This document shows, piece after piece, positions 1 to 8,456 of a stretch of DNA of 64,000 nt. Each line of letters starts with the position of its first letter. Within the stretch, counting starts at the first letter, position 1. The DNA is taken from the IMG/VR virus record IMGVR_UViG_3300029925_000021, positions 1 through 64,000 of that record; one strand, 5' to 3'. A program made the position numbers and the translations under genes. The notes under the pieces were generated by a model. The model did no database searches. It saw only the letters and a list, made by a program, of their open reading frames with translations, and was not told the origin of the DNA. Source of the stretch: an uncultured virus (IMG/VR IMGVR_UViG_3300029925_000021) (taxonomy: Duplodnaviria; Heunggongvirae; Uroviricota; Caudoviricetes).

Positions 1-6
1 AACACA

Positions 7-26
7 CGGTCTACGAAAGTAGACCG
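7..26 (+). other. GAAA-tetraloop hairpin just upstream of a tRNA
   Basis: CGGTCTAC-GAAA-GTAGACCG, a perfect 8-bp stem. Confidence 0.55.
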
Positions 27-29
27 CAT

Positions 30-97
30 GGCAGACTCACTGGCGTGGAGTCGAGGATCATAACCTTGATAACAGAGTTCGATTCTCTGGTTTGCTA
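30..97 (+). tRNA. tRNA with CAT anticodon (Met or Ile2), short D-arm
   Basis: Acceptor GGCAGAC/GTTTGCT; anticodon arm CGAGG-ATCATAA-CCTTG; T-arm CAGAG-TTCGATT-CTCTG. Confidence 0.75.
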
Positions 98-104
98 CTT
101 GTAG

Positions 105-177
105 GGGTGTATAGCCCAACGGAAGAGGCAATAGGTTTAAGCCCTATCAAGTGAGAGTTCGAATCTCTCTGCACCTA
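105..177 (+). tRNA. tRNA-Leu(TAA), short variable region
   Basis: Acceptor GGGTGTA/TGCACCT; ATAGG-TTTAAGC-CCTAT; GAGAG-TTCGAAT-CTCTC. Confidence 0.9.
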
Positions 178-203
178 CTTATTACTTTAACGGAGGAAAT
201 AAC

Positions 204-449
204 ATGTGGTATTGGGACGGACTATTCTTTTTTGATGGTGAGCGAGTCATCACAAACTTCACTGGGCTATTCATATTTATCTTAGCTACCCAGCTAGGCA
301 GTATAACTCTTGCTATGATAATAGGATGGGGACTATGTGGCCTCAAGAACAAGGTCAAAAAGTTAAGCGCACGACAGGATCAGATGGAAGACCTTGCGTA
401 TCTAATGGTTACGAGAAACAACGCTATATTAGAGCACGACACGGAGTAA
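204..449 (+). CDS. hypothetical membrane protein
   Basis: GGAGG RBS; one hydrophobic segment followed by a coiled tail. Confidence 0.7.
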   Translation: MWYWDGLFFFDGERVITNFTGLFIFILATQLGSITLAMIIGWGLCGLKNKVKKLSARQDQMEDLAYLMVTRNNAILEHDTE

Positions 450-564
450 CTAACGACACGGAAGGAACCGACGTGGATATAAAAGGAGTATTGATCTGGC
501 TTAAAGACCTACTCTTATTTTGGTTAGATTTAATTGGTAATATATTTACAGATAGGAAAATACA

Positions 565-798
565 TTGACACGTTCATCATACTTTACTTTAGGTTGGAAT
601 GCCTCTAAAGCAGGCAAGGCCGAAGATACAAATCCTTTTGTCCCTAAGAAAGGCATATATGAGGAAGAAGAAGTCAAGTCCGCTAGAGCAGAGTGGTGGA
701 CAGACGGATTCCACGCTGCCAACAGGAAGGACATTAAAAAACTAGAGTACCACAAGGAGGAGGCCGATGACGATGATACTGATGGCGACGGGACATAG
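565..798 (+). CDS. hypothetical protein
   Basis: AGGA RBS before TTG start; acidic tail; overlaps next ORF. Confidence 0.55.
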   Translation: MTRSSYFTLGWNASKAGKAEDTNPFVPKKGIYEEEEVKSARAEWWTDGFHAANRKDIKKLEYHKEEADDDDTDGDGT

Positions 799-1246
799 AG
801 AACCATACCCAGGCTTCTCCGAAGATGACGAAAAGATAGTACATCTAAAAGCTAAGCTATCAGAAGAATTACTCAGACTAAAGCATAAAATTCTGTATGC
901 TATAACTGGAGCCGCACAAGGATGGGATACTTGGTTCGGTGAGGTTCTCATAGCAATGGAGATTCCCTTTTGGTGCTTTGAACCGTTCGCTAAACACGGT
1001 GCTGGCTGGGACGATGACTCAAAAGTTAGACATAACAGACTACTGAGACACGGACAGATCAAGTACATCAACCAGGAATACAACAAACAGTGCTTCCTAC
1101 AGCGAGACAGGGCTATGGTACTGGACAGTACGCACGTATTAGCTCTACTAAATCCCGAATGTACTCGTGGAGGAACCCTTTACACGGTTCGTGATGCAAA
1201 GAAGAAAGGCATTCCCGTATACAATATGTGGCAACACATGAAATAA
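767..1246 (+). CDS. SLOG/YspA (DUF1273-like) nucleotide-binding protein
   Basis: TGHR, GAAQGWD, RDRAMV and GGT motifs typical of the YspA/SLOG family. Confidence 0.75.
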   Translation: MTMILMATGHREPYPGFSEDDEKIVHLKAKLSEELLRLKHKILYAITGAAQGWDTWFGEVLIAMEIPFWCFEPFAKHGAGWDDDSKVRHNRLLRHGQIKYINQEYNKQCFLQRDRAMVLDSTHVLALLNPECTRGGTLYTVRDAKKKGIPVYNMWQHMK

Positions 1247-1256
1247 ACTATCCATT

Positions 1257-1289
1257 ACCTCTGATATACCATTATGTCAGAGGTTTTTT
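1257..1289 (+). terminator. intrinsic terminator
   Basis: ACCTCTGATA...TGTCAGAGGT stem followed by a T tract. Confidence 0.75.
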
Positions 1290-1323
1290 CGTTGACGGAA
1301 TTAAAGTGGCCAGTTACCTCAAG

Positions 1324-1333
1324 GGTGTATAAT
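1324..1333 (+). promoter_or_regulatory. GGTGTATAAT extended -10 promoter with no properly spaced TTGACA
   Basis: Same decamer at 5651, 30529 and 33132, each upstream of a gene or RNA start. Confidence 0.6.
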
Positions 1334-1346
1334 AATTTCATAGTCC

Positions 1347-1847
1347 TTGCCAACAAAGAGTTATATCATGACAACTGACGAAGATAAACGCTTAAAGTCG
1401 TTGTTGAGACATATCGACAACGTTAGGTCCAACTGCCTGAAATTGGGCGACCATTTAATAGGAGACGGAGAAGAACAGTTAGGCGTTAAGCTGATCGCTA
1501 ACGGATACAGCCACGACAACTCAAAGTTTACTGGTATAGAGTGGCTATACTTAAATGACGAGACTAAACTGTCCCATCCCGACCTATTTAAGTCCGCGTA
1601 CTTACAGCACGTATCTACTAATAAACACCATCCAGAAGCTTGGATAGGTGGTATTTGCAGTATGGATAGACTCCATCACGCGGAAATGATTTGTGACTGG
1701 GCTGCAAGGTCCAGTGAATTTGGTACTGACCTACGAGAGTATCTTAAAGATAAGGTCACTAAGAAATATAATATCACGACAAGAAGCAAGGCTTATCACC
1801 AGATGAAGACCTTGATAGACATGTTACTTGACACGCCATTCAAATAA
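1347..1847 (+). CDS. HD-like phosphohydrolase-fold phage protein (DUF5662-like)
   Basis: H...HDNSK...NKHHPEAW...EMICDW pattern; true start may be ATG 1368. Confidence 0.6.
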   Translation: MPTKSYIMTTDEDKRLKSLLRHIDNVRSNCLKLGDHLIGDGEEQLGVKLIANGYSHDNSKFTGIEWLYLNDETKLSHPDLFKSAYLQHVSTNKHHPEAWIGGICSMDRLHHAEMICDWAARSSEFGTDLREYLKDKVTKKYNITTRSKAYHQMKTLIDMLLDTPFK

Positions 1848-1861
1848 TCGACGAGGGAAGT

Positions 1862-2551
1862 ATGAATAAACTTACTATTTTCTGCGCTTTGCTGTTTTCT
1901 TTGACATTCTTCTTGAATTTATCGTATGCTGATGTATATAATATAGCGGAGATGACAAAGAGTTCCGTGAGAGTGACAGCTAAGAAACGACTAGGTTCTG
2001 GGACCGTTTTCTCCTCCAGTAAAGACAAGTACTTTATTCTCACTAATGCTCACGTAGTAGGTGGTTCTAGTACCGCTAACATAGATTTATTTGCAGACGG
2101 TAAGCATCAGAAGAGAGTGACGGGCAAAATCATCTGGAAATATCTTAGCGAGAGAAAACGTATAGACCTTGCTATAATAGAGATAGAAAAGAAAGCTTTA
2201 GGAGCTTACAGACCGAAGGTTATTAAGTTGGCTCCAAAAGGCACGAAAGTAAAAGCCAGAGACACCATATATTCCATTGGATTTCCGCATGGAAGATGGC
2301 CTATGGCATGGCTAGGTAACATACAACCTAAGATACACACTCCAACAGACGCACACATACTAAACTTTATGCCAACTCCTTTCGAGGGGCAAAGTGGTAG
2401 CGCTCTGCTGGCGAACATAGATAACGAGACTAGAATAGTAGGCATCATCGGCTGGAAGACGCAAGAAGACAGCATAGGTTACGGTGGTAGACTACGTGGC
2501 AATGGTTTCGCAATGAACATATCAATACTACATGACTTATTAGGAGAGTAG
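1862..2551 (+). CDS. secreted trypsin-like (S1) serine protease
   Basis: Signal peptide; catalytic triad motifs TNAHV, DLA and GQSGS. Confidence 0.9.
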   Translation: MNKLTIFCALLFSLTFFLNLSYADVYNIAEMTKSSVRVTAKKRLGSGTVFSSSKDKYFILTNAHVVGGSSTANIDLFADGKHQKRVTGKIIWKYLSERKRIDLAIIEIEKKALGAYRPKVIKLAPKGTKVKARDTIYSIGFPHGRWPMAWLGNIQPKIHTPTDAHILNFMPTPFEGQSGSALLANIDNETRIVGIIGWKTQEDSIGYGGRLRGNGFAMNISILHDLLGE

Positions 2552-2552
2552 A

Positions 2553-3803
2553 ATGAGTCTTATGCAAAACATAGGGTCTAAATTACTAGCAAGAGCTAAA
2601 CATTCTAAGATGGGCTTAACTGATATCATTACTGGTCTTCTGTATCTAAAGAGATATGGATACATCACTGATGATATAGACGTAGAAGATGCTGGAGAAG
2701 CAATAGCTACATTCCAGTCTATAGCTGGTCTAATAACTGATGGTGTTATGGGACCAAAGACTGTCAGAGCAATGAGTAAGCCGCGTTGTTCATGTCCAGA
2801 CTTCTATAAGCATGACGACGGTAAGCTACACATGGAGGTAGCACTTTCTAGATGGAGAGGTAAGAACCTCACCTACTATATCAGCAAGAGAGACAATGAT
2901 CTATCTACCCTAGAGTGGGATGCTATCATAGAACTAGCCTTCAATCAATGGTCAGACGTAGCAGATTTGCACTTCACGAGGGTGAATAGTTCTCGCGGAG
3001 CGAACTTTATAATTTCGGTGGGTTCTGGCAGGGGTGATGGTTTTGATGGCCCCAGTGGGACGCTGGCATGGGCGCAATTACCTTCTGGCAACAGCTTCCA
3101 GGGTCAACTCTTGTGTCGTTTTGATACAGCCGAGACGTGGGTAAAGGATTCTACACGACGCGGAATTATACTGCTGGCCGTGGCCTGTCACGAGATCGGA
3201 CATCTATTAGGGTTAGGTCATTCACGTATAAACAATGCTCTTATGGCTCCATTCTATGATCCTTCTGTACTAAAGCCTGTATCTAGAGACGATATAAGCC
3301 GCATAGTATCACTCTATGGTAAGGCTACTGGTACTCCTACTCCACCTACTCCACCCGATCCTACCGATCCAGAACCCGATCCGTCTCTACCAGCGCCTAG
3401 TGATCTGGTAGCAACGGTGATGCCTACTGGTAACGTACTACTCCGCTGGCAAGATAACTCTATTGGAGAAGATAGGTTTGAAATATTTAGGAGTGATGAC
3501 GGATGGTTCAAGATACAAGGAAGTGTAGGCCGTGGTCGTACTATTGCTACAGATCAGGTTATACCAGATGGTACACACGAGTACAAGATTCGAGCAGTAA
3601 AGGGAGATGTAACTTCCGCATGGTCTAATGTAGTAGAGGTAGTAACTGGAGATCCAACTCCACAACCTCCCGTTCCTCCTAAGCCCGATCCTCCTAAACC
3701 AAATCCTCCTACTCCCGATGATCCTAGTGAGACTACTATCACTATAGTTGGAGACGTAACCGATATAAAGATACCAGGATACAGAGTAAACAAGATAGGT
3801 TAA
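2553..3803 (+). CDS. matrixin (M10/MMP-like) metalloprotease with PG-binding-like pro-domain, Pro-rich linkers and an FN3 domain
   Basis: FQ..AGL..DGVMGPKT; cysteine switch PRCSCPD; HEIGHLLGLGH; Met-turn ALMAP; FN3 pattern APSDL...W.DNS...YKIRA...SAWSN. Confidence 0.9.
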   Translation: MSLMQNIGSKLLARAKHSKMGLTDIITGLLYLKRYGYITDDIDVEDAGEAIATFQSIAGLITDGVMGPKTVRAMSKPRCSCPDFYKHDDGKLHMEVALSRWRGKNLTYYISKRDNDLSTLEWDAIIELAFNQWSDVADLHFTRVNSSRGANFIISVGSGRGDGFDGPSGTLAWAQLPSGNSFQGQLLCRFDTAETWVKDSTRRGIILLAVACHEIGHLLGLGHSRINNALMAPFYDPSVLKPVSRDDISRIVSLYGKATGTPTPPTPPDPTDPEPDPSLPAPSDLVATVMPTGNVLLRWQDNSIGEDRFEIFRSDDGWFKIQGSVGRGRTIATDQVIPDGTHEYKIRAVKGDVTSAWSNVVEVVTGDPTPQPPVPPKPDPPKPNPPTPDDPSETTITIVGDVTDIKIPGYRVNKIG

Positions 3804-3806
3804 AAC

Positions 3807-5642
3807 ATGAAGAAGATACTATATATACTATTGTTAATGCTTGTACCCAGTGCGGCAAGCGCAGACGACGCATACAACAGACTACGACAGTTGATACTAG
3901 AGAATCAGCCAGCGGGTACTGTCCAGACTATCATAAAGAACCCAGAATTTGAGACACTACGCACTCCTCAGTCAGAAGTAGAGGATGCTATCCTATTCCT
4001 ATCTAAACTACCACAGGATGAGGCTAGTTTTATACGGTTCTTTAGTACCTATGCGGTAGTACCTTCACGTAGAGATGATACTATACTCACTCTATCCTTT
4101 GTAATACATAGCTTAACTGGTATCAGTACTGATCCCGATGCTGGTAATGCAGGAGGCTATTATCCATTAGCTAAGAGAGAAGACGGAAAGTTTAAGTCTT
4201 ACCGTCGAGTCCCAGGCAGTCCTACTCTATGGTGGATAGACCTACGTGAGCACAACTGGACTCCCGCATCCTGGGAGGTGATTAGTAGAGGCGACGGTTA
4301 CTTTGCGGAACCTATTGTCACGGCTGATAGAAGTGGTATCCTTAGATTACTGGCGGGAAATGCAGTGGTTCGTGCTGACTGGTTCATCAAGCACTCCATG
4401 AGCACAACAGATCAACTAGACGTAGGACAAGGGAAGGACTTCTATAGTACCTTACTGTATGCTATGTCCAAGAATCCTACCACCATAGACGAGTGGAGAA
4501 AGGCATGGTCATTAGATATCACAAAGTCGCGCTCTCTAGGCAACGAATTTGCCACTCTGGTCACTAAGAGTAACACAATAGCCAGCCACAACCGTATGCT
4601 ATTTGGATACAGGACCGAGCTAGGCTATCTCTATGAGACCTATGACGTTAAGAACCAACGAGGTAAACGAGACTATCTAGAATCCTTACTGCTCAACGCT
4701 AAGCCAGGGCAACCTCCCGAAATTTCCGATGCTGGAGAGGCATTTGCTAGTAACATACTGGGACTACAGGTGTACGCTCTGAGAAATGAAAGCGGTAAGC
4801 TGGTAGACTTTGGTGATCCGAGTGTGGTCCGTCATGCTAACGATATCATAGGGGATGTAAGAGTAAGAGTAGCTCATTCCTGCATGGACTGTCATGCGTC
4901 TGGACCTATTCCCTCCGAGAATACACTGCAAGAGTTCATTAGTTCTCGTGCTAACATTAAGACTAGAGACAAGCGTGATGCCATCAGACTAAAGAGAAGT
5001 CTACTGTCCGATAAGTTCAGGGACTCTATCAGCGCTAATCAAGACCTGTTTGCTAAGGCTGTAAAGAAAGTAAACGGTTTAGATACCGTCGAGAACGGTT
5101 CTCTATACCTACAGTCTATCGTGCGATACTCTCAGCCTGTTACGTTAGAACTTGCGGCTTATGAGTGCGGTGTCTCAGTAGAAGAATTCGTTGCTGCAAT
5201 AAAGAAACATGTGGGATTTGGTGCTAGGCTAAAGCTATTAGTACAGACTGGTGAGCCTATTCCACGAGATATCTGGGAGTCTCCAGGCAAGGACGGTATT
5301 CCAGGAGCGTTCCAGCAAGCTATGATACTTATCAATGGTCTAACTGTCATCAAGGACGAGGTTCTAGTAGAGCGAGTGATTGATACTTATGTGGTGTCAG
5401 AAGACTGGGAAGATGTACCAATGCAATCTGGCGAAGAGATTCTAAAGATTATGCAGTCTGGATATGAGCTACTCCCAACTGGAAAGGTGACAGAAGGATG
5501 GATTGAGATGTATACTCAAGACGGACAGAGGGGATGGGTGCAGTCTATACATGTGGACAGGGCTCAATCTACCAGTGGACAGATCATTAACAAATTCCAA
5601 TCAGTACCTAAACAGCGCCTGCTCTCAATCTTAGGTGAGTAA
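3807..5642 (+). CDS. secreted protein with a heme-c CxxCH motif and C-terminal SH3-like domain
   Basis: Signal peptide ending ASA; SCMDCH; C-terminal GWIE...G..GWV. Confidence 0.65.
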   Translation: MKKILYILLLMLVPSAASADDAYNRLRQLILENQPAGTVQTIIKNPEFETLRTPQSEVEDAILFLSKLPQDEASFIRFFSTYAVVPSRRDDTILTLSFVIHSLTGISTDPDAGNAGGYYPLAKREDGKFKSYRRVPGSPTLWWIDLREHNWTPASWEVISRGDGYFAEPIVTADRSGILRLLAGNAVVRADWFIKHSMSTTDQLDVGQGKDFYSTLLYAMSKNPTTIDEWRKAWSLDITKSRSLGNEFATLVTKSNTIASHNRMLFGYRTELGYLYETYDVKNQRGKRDYLESLLLNAKPGQPPEISDAGEAFASNILGLQVYALRNESGKLVDFGDPSVVRHANDIIGDVRVRVAHSCMDCHASGPIPSENTLQEFISSRANIKTRDKRDAIRLKRSLLSDKFRDSISANQDLFAKAVKKVNGLDTVENGSLYLQSIVRYSQPVTLELAAYECGVSVEEFVAAIKKHVGFGARLKLLVQTGEPIPRDIWESPGKDGIPGAFQQAMILINGLTVIKDEVLVERVIDTYVVSEDWEDVPMQSGEEILKIMQSGYELLPTGKVTEGWIEMYTQDGQRGWVQSIHVDRAQSTSGQIINKFQSVPKQRLLSILGE

Positions 5643-5650
5643 ACTGAGAC

Positions 5651-5660
5651 GGTGTATAAT
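5651..5660 (+). promoter_or_regulatory. GGTGTATAAT extended -10 promoter
   Basis: Intergenic repeated decamer. Confidence 0.6.
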
Positions 5661-5691
5661 AATACGTACCAACTATAACAAGGACTAAACT

Positions 5692-6342
5692 ATGAAATAC
5701 GCTATATTCTTTATCCTCATGATGATATCTACATCAGCCTATGCTGGTGGACTATTTCAGAATAGGAATGTCTGTGACGACAACTGCTTCATTGAGCAAT
5801 TCAACGTGGGAGAACGGGTCGATGTAATACAGAAGACTGTAGAGTTTGATGCGGAATACTTCCTGGGTCTACAAGGCTATTACGATGTAGTAAATGAGCT
5901 ACAAGAGCGAGAATACACCAAAGATAAAGACATTATCCGTAAGCAGTCTGACCAGATCGACAAGTTGATTCAGTTGTTAGAGCAGTCCCTCAGAGAGAAG
6001 ACTGGCGAAGTAACTAAACCAACGCCACAACCTGAGCCACAACCAGAGGTATCTGACCTGAACAAGCGTGTCTTCGATATATTCACGAAGTCATGCGTCG
6101 ATTGTCATGGAGATAAGTCTCCTAAGAAGGGTCTACAGTTAGTAGGTCAAGACCCAGACGGAACTAAGTGGTTGAGTGACCTGTCATTAGCAAAGAGGGT
6201 ATTGGTATACGATCATACGGCTGGCATTGATCTAAAGTCTAGAGGCAAAAAGCTTATGCCTCTAGGTGGTCCAGCATTACTAGACGCAGAAGTAGAAACA
6301 TTAAGACTGTGGATGATAGAGTCCACAAAGAAAGGTAAGTAA
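5692..6342 (+). CDS. secreted protein with a planctomycete-type cytochrome c domain
   Basis: Signal peptide ending AYA; IFTKSCVDCHG...KGL...MP.GG..L...E...LR.W pattern. Confidence 0.75.
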   Translation: MKYAIFFILMMISTSAYAGGLFQNRNVCDDNCFIEQFNVGERVDVIQKTVEFDAEYFLGLQGYYDVVNELQEREYTKDKDIIRKQSDQIDKLIQLLEQSLREKTGEVTKPTPQPEPQPEVSDLNKRVFDIFTKSCVDCHGDKSPKKGLQLVGQDPDGTKWLSDLSLAKRVLVYDHTAGIDLKSRGKKLMPLGGPALLDAEVETLRLWMIESTKKGK

Positions 6343-6770
6343 TGAAGAATTTAATTATCGCGGTTGTGATGATCTTTGGCCTGTGTATGGTATCAGAAGC
6401 TCAAGCAACCAATCAGAACCAGAGAAATCAACAAAGACAAGGCTTAATCAGTCGTCTTTTACAGGGACGTAACGACGCTCAGCGAGCGAACAACTTCCAA
6501 CGTATCGTCGTAGACAATCGTGGACGACAGCTTATCATCGTTGACAACCACGGACGACAGGTCATTCAGCGGAACGTATTCGTTCAGCAACAGCGTAACC
6601 TACGAGTAGTAGAAGTTCCTAACCTAAACGTTAGAAGCAACCTGATCGTAGTGCGTGACCGATTCGGTAGAGTAGTAGACGTACAACGTCAGAACGTAAT
6701 AGGCGTTCAACAGTTCCGTTCTAATCAGAGCGGTAGAATTATCATTCAACAAAGTATTATCAGGAGATAA
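6342..6770 (+). CDS. secreted Q/N/R/V-rich low-complexity protein
   Basis: Signal peptide ending AQA; repeats VVDNRGRQ, IVDNHGRQ, VRDRFGR. Confidence 0.75.
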   Translation: MKNLIIAVVMIFGLCMVSEAQATNQNQRNQQRQGLISRLLQGRNDAQRANNFQRIVVDNRGRQLIIVDNHGRQVIQRNVFVQQQRNLRVVEVPNLNVRSNLIVVRDRFGRVVDVQRQNVIGVQQFRSNQSGRIIIQQSIIRR

Positions 6771-6772
6771 TT

Positions 6773-7123
6773 ATGTCACACTTAGGCATTCACACAATTA
6801 AGGATAGAGCAGTAGAAGCTTTCACTCATAGAAATCCATCGGCAGCATTCGATCCTGCTACAATTGGTATTTTCATCGAGTTAATCATGGGCTTCATCGC
6901 AGCACTACAGGACTGCAAGAAGACCCCAGAAGAAGCAGCTTTGCTGGCTCGCAATCCTACTTGGCTACAAAAACGTTTTGTTAGCCTAAAGGTACGGAGA
7001 GATTTAGGTCGTAGAGGCTATAGAAGCCACGGTAAAGACATGGTTGCTTCGCTAGTTGACGCTGGCAAGGGAACTAACGCTCTTGAAGTAGCGGCAGCTT
7101 ATGACGACGCTGACAACAGCTAA
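6773..7123 (+). CDS. hypothetical protein
   Basis: GGAG RBS; last gene before a terminator. Confidence 0.75.
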   Translation: MSHLGIHTIKDRAVEAFTHRNPSAAFDPATIGIFIELIMGFIAALQDCKKTPEEAALLARNPTWLQKRFVSLKVRRDLGRRGYRSHGKDMVASLVDAGKGTNALEVAAAYDDADNS

Positions 7124-7136
7124 ACCCAATAAATTT

Positions 7137-7167
7137 TGGACTATCCTTCGGGGTAGTCCATTTTTTT
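7137..7167 (+). terminator. intrinsic terminator
   Basis: TGGACTATCC-TTCG-GGGTAGTCCA followed by T7. Confidence 0.9.
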
Positions 7168-7169
7168 GC

Positions 7170-7198
7170 TTGACAAGTGACCACTTTTACTGTATAAT
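7170..7198 (+). promoter_or_regulatory. sigma70-type promoter
   Basis: TTGACA-17 nt-TATAAT. Confidence 0.9.
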
Positions 7199-7219
7199 AA
7201 AAGAAACAGGAGAACGAAG

Positions 7220-8446
7220 ATGTTGAATCTAAATTTTAGTAGGCGCGAATTCTTACAGGTTGGCTCGGTTGGTGCTGGTGCAACGGCCCTGAGTCTATCC
7301 GATCCTGTCTTTGCGGACGTACAGAAGAACGACAAGTCTATTATCTGGATTTGGTTGAGTGGTGGTCCGTCTCATTTTGAGACGTTTAATGCTGTTGGTA
7401 TAGGCGAAGGATATGAGAGTGTCATTGGCTCTGCAAGACTGAGTACTATAGGTAGGTATCCGATACGTCTTGGAGGACTATGGACAAAATTAATACGTCA
7501 CGCCGATAGGTTCAACGTAGTAGCTAACTTCTCCCATAGAGATTCAAGTCACGCTCAAGCAACTCACTGGGTCAATTCCGCACACTATAGCAGAGACAGA
7601 GCAGCGTCAGCAGGATCAACCTATCCATCGCATGGTTCTATCGTCTCTGCAATACATGGAGCTACCAATAGTAGTGGTATCCCAACCTATGTATCGCAAG
7701 GAAGAATTAATGGAGACGGTCCAGCTTGGCTAGGTGGAGCATACAAAGCATTTGATCCAAAGGCGAAGAACAATTTGTCTCCGAGCGTCGATGTAACACG
7801 ATTAAATACGCGGAAAAACCTACTGTCTCAGCTAGATAAGATAGACATAGCCAATGATTCGGGACGTTCTATGGACAAGTATAAGGATCAGGCTTTCAGT
7901 ACTATACTGGGTGATGCTAAGCAAGCCTTCGATGATTCCGAGTGGGATAAAGCTAAAGAGTTGTACGGAGATAGCAGTATCGGGAAACAATTATGGCTGG
8001 CTAATAGACTTACCCAACACGGTAGTAAGTTTGTCACCGCGAACTATGGTGGCTGGGATATGCACAGCAACATCAAGGACGCACTAGAGCGTAGAGTACC
8101 CGCTATTGATAAAGCGTTGGGAGGTCTACTGTCTAGCATGAACCTGAAAGATACGATGGTCATAGTGACTGGAGAATTCGGTCGTACTAAACTCAATCAG
8201 AGTCAGGGTCGGGATCACTGGCCTTCTATCGTACCTCTTATGATAGCTGGTGGAGACTATGAGTATGGCAGAGTAATAGGTAATGCAGATAAGAAGAACT
8301 ACGTGCCTGACACTACTCCTTATGGTCCGATTGATCTTCAGGCTACCATGTTCCATCACTTAGGAATTGACCCACTAGTGCAACGTACTGATACTGGTGG
8401 ACGACCTCGCTATCTGTTAGACGGGGACTATAGAACGATACTTTAG
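7220..8446 (+). CDS. DUF1501-family Tat-exported protein (alkaline phosphatase/sulfatase-like fold)
   Basis: Twin-Arg SRREFLQ; WLSGGPSHFETF, GWDMHS, GEFGRT and GRDHW motifs. Confidence 0.9.
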   Translation: MLNLNFSRREFLQVGSVGAGATALSLSDPVFADVQKNDKSIIWIWLSGGPSHFETFNAVGIGEGYESVIGSARLSTIGRYPIRLGGLWTKLIRHADRFNVVANFSHRDSSHAQATHWVNSAHYSRDRAASAGSTYPSHGSIVSAIHGATNSSGIPTYVSQGRINGDGPAWLGGAYKAFDPKAKNNLSPSVDVTRLNTRKNLLSQLDKIDIANDSGRSMDKYKDQAFSTILGDAKQAFDDSEWDKAKELYGDSSIGKQLWLANRLTQHGSKFVTANYGGWDMHSNIKDALERRVPAIDKALGGLLSSMNLKDTMVIVTGEFGRTKLNQSQGRDHWPSIVPLMIAGGDYEYGRVIGNADKKNYVPDTTPYGPIDLQATMFHHLGIDPLVQRTDTGGRPRYLLDGDYRTIL

Positions 8447-8456
8447 GACAGAAGTT

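Noticed and set aside
3330..3725. CCT/CCA/GAT-rich repeats as a DNA repeat element
   Set aside because: Explained by Pro/Thr/Asp linkers flanking the FN3 domain
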